Assembly: GCA_028534125.1 (NCBI GenBank) | Contig: CM052817.1 | Coordinates: 54,934,001 to 54,998,000, forward strand | DNA from: Lama glama | Lineage: Eukaryota | Direction of reading: 5' to 3' | Length of the DNA: 64,000 nt | Shown: positions 59,494-64,000 of the stretch, one piece after another | Layout: every line of letters begins with the position of its first letter | How positions within the stretch are numbered: the stretch's first letter is position 1 | Translations under genes and position numbers: made by a program | The notes under the pieces: generated by a model | What the model was told of the DNA's origin: nothing | Databases searched by the model: none | Seen by the model: the letters and a program-made list of their open reading frames with translations, nothing else

Positions 59494-60663
59494 GTAACAA
59501 AATAAAAAATAATCGAGTGGGGTCACATCAAACTAAAAAATGTCTAGATGGCAAAAGAATGATCAACATATTGAAAAGCAAACCTAGAGAATAAAAAAAA
59601 ACTTCAAATCATATTTAATAAGTGGTTAATATCTAAGATATATAAAGGACTCATATAACTCAATAGCAAAAACCAAATAATCCAGTGGGCAAAGGACCTG
59701 AATAAATATTTTTGTTAAGAAGGTACATGAATATCCAACAGGTACATGAGAAGGTGATCGATATCACTAATCATAAGGAAAATGCAAATCAAAACTATGA
59801 GTTATCACCTTATGCCTGTTAGAATGGCTACTGTCAAAAGAGTTAACAAATGCTGTCAAGGGATGTAGAGAAACAGAAACCATTGTGCATTGTTGGTGGG
59901 ATATAAACTAGTATAGCAAGTATGGAAAAAAAAGTATGAGGCTGCTCAATAAATTAAAAAATAGAACTAAAACATCATCTAGCAATTCCACTTCTGGGAT
60001 ATATCTGAAGGATGATAAAAACACTATGCCAAAGATATATCTGCACTGCATGTTCATAACAGCATTATTAAAAATAGCCAAGACATGGAAACAACCTAAG
60101 TGTCCACTAAGAGATGAGTAAAGAAAATGTAAAAAGTATATATAAATATAAAATGAAATATTATTTAGCCATTAAAAGAAGGAAATCCTGCCATTTGCAA
60201 CAATGTGGATGGACCTTGTGGTCATTATGTTAAGTAAAATAAGTCAGACAGAGAGAGACAAATACTTATGATCTCACTTATACATAGAATCCTAAATAAC
60301 CAAAAAAACCCCCCAAATTCATAGAAGAGGTCAAGTTTGTGATTACCAGAGGAAAGGGAGGGAGAATTGGATGAAGTGGTCTAAGGGTACAAACTTCCAG
60401 TTATAAAATATGTAAGTACTAGAGATGTAATCTACAACATGATGCCTATAGTTAATGCTGCTCTATGATATATAGGAAAGTTGTTAAGAGTAAATCTAGA
60501 GAAATCTTATCACAAGGAAAAATGTTTTTTGTATCTATATGAGATGATGAGCATTAACTAAAGTAGTTGTGGTAATCATTTTACAATATATGTAAGTCAA
60601 ATTATTATGCTACATACCATAAACTTATACCCTGTTGTATGTCAATTATCTCAACTGAATAAA
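59494..60663 (+). mobile_element. 5'-truncated LINE-1 (L1MA-like) ORF2 end and 3'UTR
   Basis: ORF 59936-60121 (AKTWKQPKCP); L1 3'UTR and aataaaaa; degenerate TSD aagaggaacaca (59482-59493) / aagaggaagaga (60664-60675). Confidence 0.9.
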
Positions 60664-62579
60664 AAGAGGAAGAGAATGCTCTGGAGGTTGATAGTAGTGG
60701 ATGAAGATTAATCTGTTAACTTCAGTTTGGGGCACATTGAGTATCATGTATGACGCTTAGTAGTATCCAAGCATGTAAGAATGATATTGTAGGCACTGTA
60801 TCTCCAACCCCTCTAAAAATGCCTAGAAAATAGAGCATCCTCAAAACACTTAATTTAATAAATTTAATATCTTTATTTAGCACTTGGGAGAAATATATAA
60901 TTGAGAGCAAACGCATAGGTCACTATTGGTGTTACAAATCATGGTAATGGATACAATTCCATCAGTTAAATATCTAGACTTAAAGTGAAGGCTAAAGGGT
61001 CAGTCCCAGGAGAAACCCAAGTGTCAAGGGTAGGAAAAGGAGGTGGAGAAAAGATTAATGGATGGTAGTAAAAAGAATACTTTATGAAAAATCAAAGACG
61101 ATAGTATTTAAAGAAGTTCAACAATTCCTAACGCTTTAGAAAAAAGTAAGAGTAAGCATTAAAGTGTGAGAATTTGGTGGGTAGATGATGATTGTGTAAA
61201 GTGGTGACCTTATTGAGAGCTATTGACAATATATAAGAATATAAAACAAATATAGTAATACAGTCCAAATACTTACAAACATTATGATCATTTTTACATT
61301 AAATAAAAATTTGTTTGGTAATACAAATATGAAATATCTTATTTGCCTAAAGAATGAAGTAAAATCTTAAAATATCAATACCCGAGCTACATAGGGACAA
61401 TTCTGAGAAGCTATGAGACACCCCGAACTTCGTCTCTCGACCTTAACTCATTTGGGGAATGGTGTATATTAATTATAGTTGCAAGGATTAGAAACATTAT
61501 TATAAGCTAGAGTAACTATAAACTTGTTAGATGATGACAACACATTAAAATTTAAAATAACGGGACAACCATTAAAGGTAGAGATGTTGTATACTGTCTT
61601 TCATTTAACAATATCTATTATCTACTATATGCTGGGTAGTGAGATAACAACTAGAACACAATGTTAAACCAAAAAGACATAAGGTTCCTGCCTCAGGGAG
61701 CTTATTACCATGTGGATGAGATAAATGCTAAGAAAATAATCACATAAGTAATTAATAAATTAAAATTAACATGTGATAAGTGCTATAACTGAAATGTACA
61801 AGATACGTGAGAGAACATAAGAAGAATCAATCTGGGGAGATAAGGAACGATTCCTTGAAGAGGTGAGTTTAAGCTCAAAACAGAACAGAGTGTTAAACAG
61901 ATGGCGAGGAAGAGTATGTGTGAGGGGAAAGAGAGCAGGTAAAATAGTCCAGATGGAGGGTACTACAGTTGTAAAGATCTGAGGGGAATGGGAGAACTGA
62001 GGAGCAGAAAGACTACCAGAATACACAAAAGACAAGGGGATGAAGATGTGTGGTTGTGAGCCCATGCATGGAAGTTCATGTGAATCCATTAACAGAGCAT
62101 GTTAATATACTTAGTCATTAGCCTAAGCATAATGGAAAGAAAATATGTTTTTAAGTAGGGACAGGGGCATGAGCAAATAAGTATTTCAAACCCATTGCTC
62201 TGGATTTAATGGATGGAATAGAGGAGGCAAAAAGAATAGAAGTGAAGAGAAACATTAGAGGGCTATTGTCATGTTGAAGCCACAAGGCATAACTTCCATT
62301 AGAAATTCAGTTCAAACAACTATATAGATACAGTTCTATATATGGAAAATTAAACAAAATATTTGGAACAGTAGTTCTTAAAATGTGATGAGTATGTATA
62401 TCAGTATCAACTGTGGTGCTTTTTTCCCCCAAATTGAATAGGTCAATCTTTCCTTTCTAACCTTCTTGATTCTTATATTTCTTGAAGCTAGAGCTACATA
62501 CACATTAAAAAACATTTCACAAAGACTCTGATATGTTCCTCTAATATGTTCACCACTAATTACCAATTATTTAACAAGT

Positions 62580-64000
62580 TACTGAACAACAAATGGGTCA
62601 AAGAAGAAATCAAAAGAGAAATTAAAAAATACTTTGAGACAAATGGAAATGGAAATAAAACTTACCAAAACAATTGGGATGCAGCAAAAGCATCCTAAAA
62701 TACAATCTAACTTTACACCTTAGGGAGCTGGAAAAATTAGAAATGAAGTCCGAAGTTAGGAGGAGGAAGAAAATAAAAATGAGAGCACAAACAAATAAAA
62801 TAGAGACCTCAAAATATATAAAAAAAAAACAATGAAACCAAGAGCTGTTTTTTTAAAAAAGATAAATAAAATTAACAAGCATTTAGCTAGACTCACCAAG
62901 AAAAAAGAGAATTTAATTAAAATTAGAAATGAAAGAGAAGATGTTATAGACCATACTATAGAACTGCAAAGAATCATAAGACATTACTATTAAAAATAGT
63001 ATGTCAAAAATGGACAACCTAGATGAAGTGGACAAATTCCTAGAAATATACAACCTACCAAGACTCAGAAACAGAAAATCTGAACAGACTGATTACTCCT
63101 AGGGAGACTGAATCAAGAATCAGAAACCTCCCAACAAACAGAAGTCCAGAACTAGATGGCTTCTCTGGTGCATTCTGCCAAACATTTAAAGAAGAATTAA
63201 TACCGATTATTCACAAACTCTTCCAAGAAACAGAAGAGGACTTCTAAATACACATTATGAGGCCAGCATTACCCTGTACAGAAACCTGACAAAGGTATCA
63301 CACAGAAACTCCAGGCAATATCTCTGATGAACATAGATGTAAAATCCTTAACTAAATACGAGCAAACCATGTTCAACAATACATTAAAAGAATCATAAAC
63401 AATTGAGATTTATTCCAGGAATGTGAGGATGGTTTAACACTGGCATATCCATCAGTGTTACAACACATTAACAGAACAAAGGATAAGGATCATATGATTA
63501 TCTCAGTATATGCAGAAGAAAACATTTGACAGAATTCAACATCCATTTATGATAACTTTCAACAAAGTGGCTATACAGGGAATGTACATTAACATAATAA
63601 AGGCCATGTATGACAACCCTACAGGTAACATCATACTTAACAGTAAAAAGCTGAAAGCACTTCCTGAAGATCAGGAACAGACAAGAATGCCCACTCTCAC
63701 CACTTTTATTCAACATAGTTTTGGAGTCCCTAACTAGGGAAATTAGGCAAGAAAAAGAAAAAAAGTCATCAAAATGGAAAGGAAACAGTACAATGGTCAC
63801 TTGTTATTATATACAGAAAATCCTAACAACTTCACCAACATGAAAAAGAAAAGAAATTGTTTGGACTAATACATGAATTTAGTAAAGTTGCTGGATACAA
63901 AAAAAAAAAAAACTCCAATGTGTTTCTATACCCTAGTAACTATCAGATAAAGAAATTTAAAAAAAAATTCCATTGCAATTGCTTCAAAAACATAGAATAT
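62580..64000 (+). mobile_element. Degraded LINE-1 ORF2 (post-endonuclease linker through RT), runs off the window end
   Basis: 'tgggtcaaagaagaaatcaaaagagaaattaaaaaatactttgagacaaatg'; ORF 63510-63737 ([12 protein letters not shown]...[16 protein letters not shown]); many frameshifts. Confidence 0.93.

Larger units (their letters stand above)
58150..62280 (-). mobile_element. Fragmented L2 sequence hosting MER89 and an L1
   Basis: L2-like purine-rich segments at ~58150-58745, 59302-59480, 60676-61230 and 61600-62280 ('ttcatttaacaatatctattatctactatatgctggg'). Confidence 0.55.

Noticed and set aside
61200..61600. AT-rich segment with a small CpG patch, possible hAT element
   Set aside because: I could not identify matching terminal inverted repeats or a TSD.
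1..64000. Inferring a host gene strand from repeat orientation bias
   Set aside because: Younger L1s lean to + while LTRs lean to -; the signals conflict and the counts are small.
1..64000. CRISPR array, operon or other prokaryote-type novel system
   Set aside because: There are no regularly spaced repeats or gene-dense ORFs; the sequence is mammalian repeat-rich non-coding DNA.

Overview
AT-rich, CpG-poor mammalian non-coding DNA (intergenic or deep intronic). It is most likely from a camelid (Camelus/Vicugna/Lama), based on a tRNA-derived Vic-1-type SINE at 2771-2901 and several copies of one young L1 family. I find no supportable intact protein-coding gene, structural RNA gene, CRISPR array or prokaryote-type system. 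Every ORF I can recognise is a decayed LINE-1 ORF2 fragment (or its antisense) or an ERVL pol fossil. A large part of the window is interspersed repeats: L1 of several ages, L2, MIR, MaLR/ERVL/ERV1 LTRs, and hAT and Tigger DNA transposons. The best-supported unusual structure is retrotransposition architecture in the first 15 kb: three L1 insertions with inverted 5' parts (twin-priming signature) bounded by target-site duplications, a probable short 3' transduction, multi-layer nesting, and an inverted L1 pair around a unique 1.6 kb segment. Several repeat-free blocks carry dense transcription-factor motif clusters and are candidate enhancers. Repeat subfamily names are recalled from consensus sequences, not from a database search. 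Boundaries of old repeats are approximate. The sequence does not support a claim of a new biological system.
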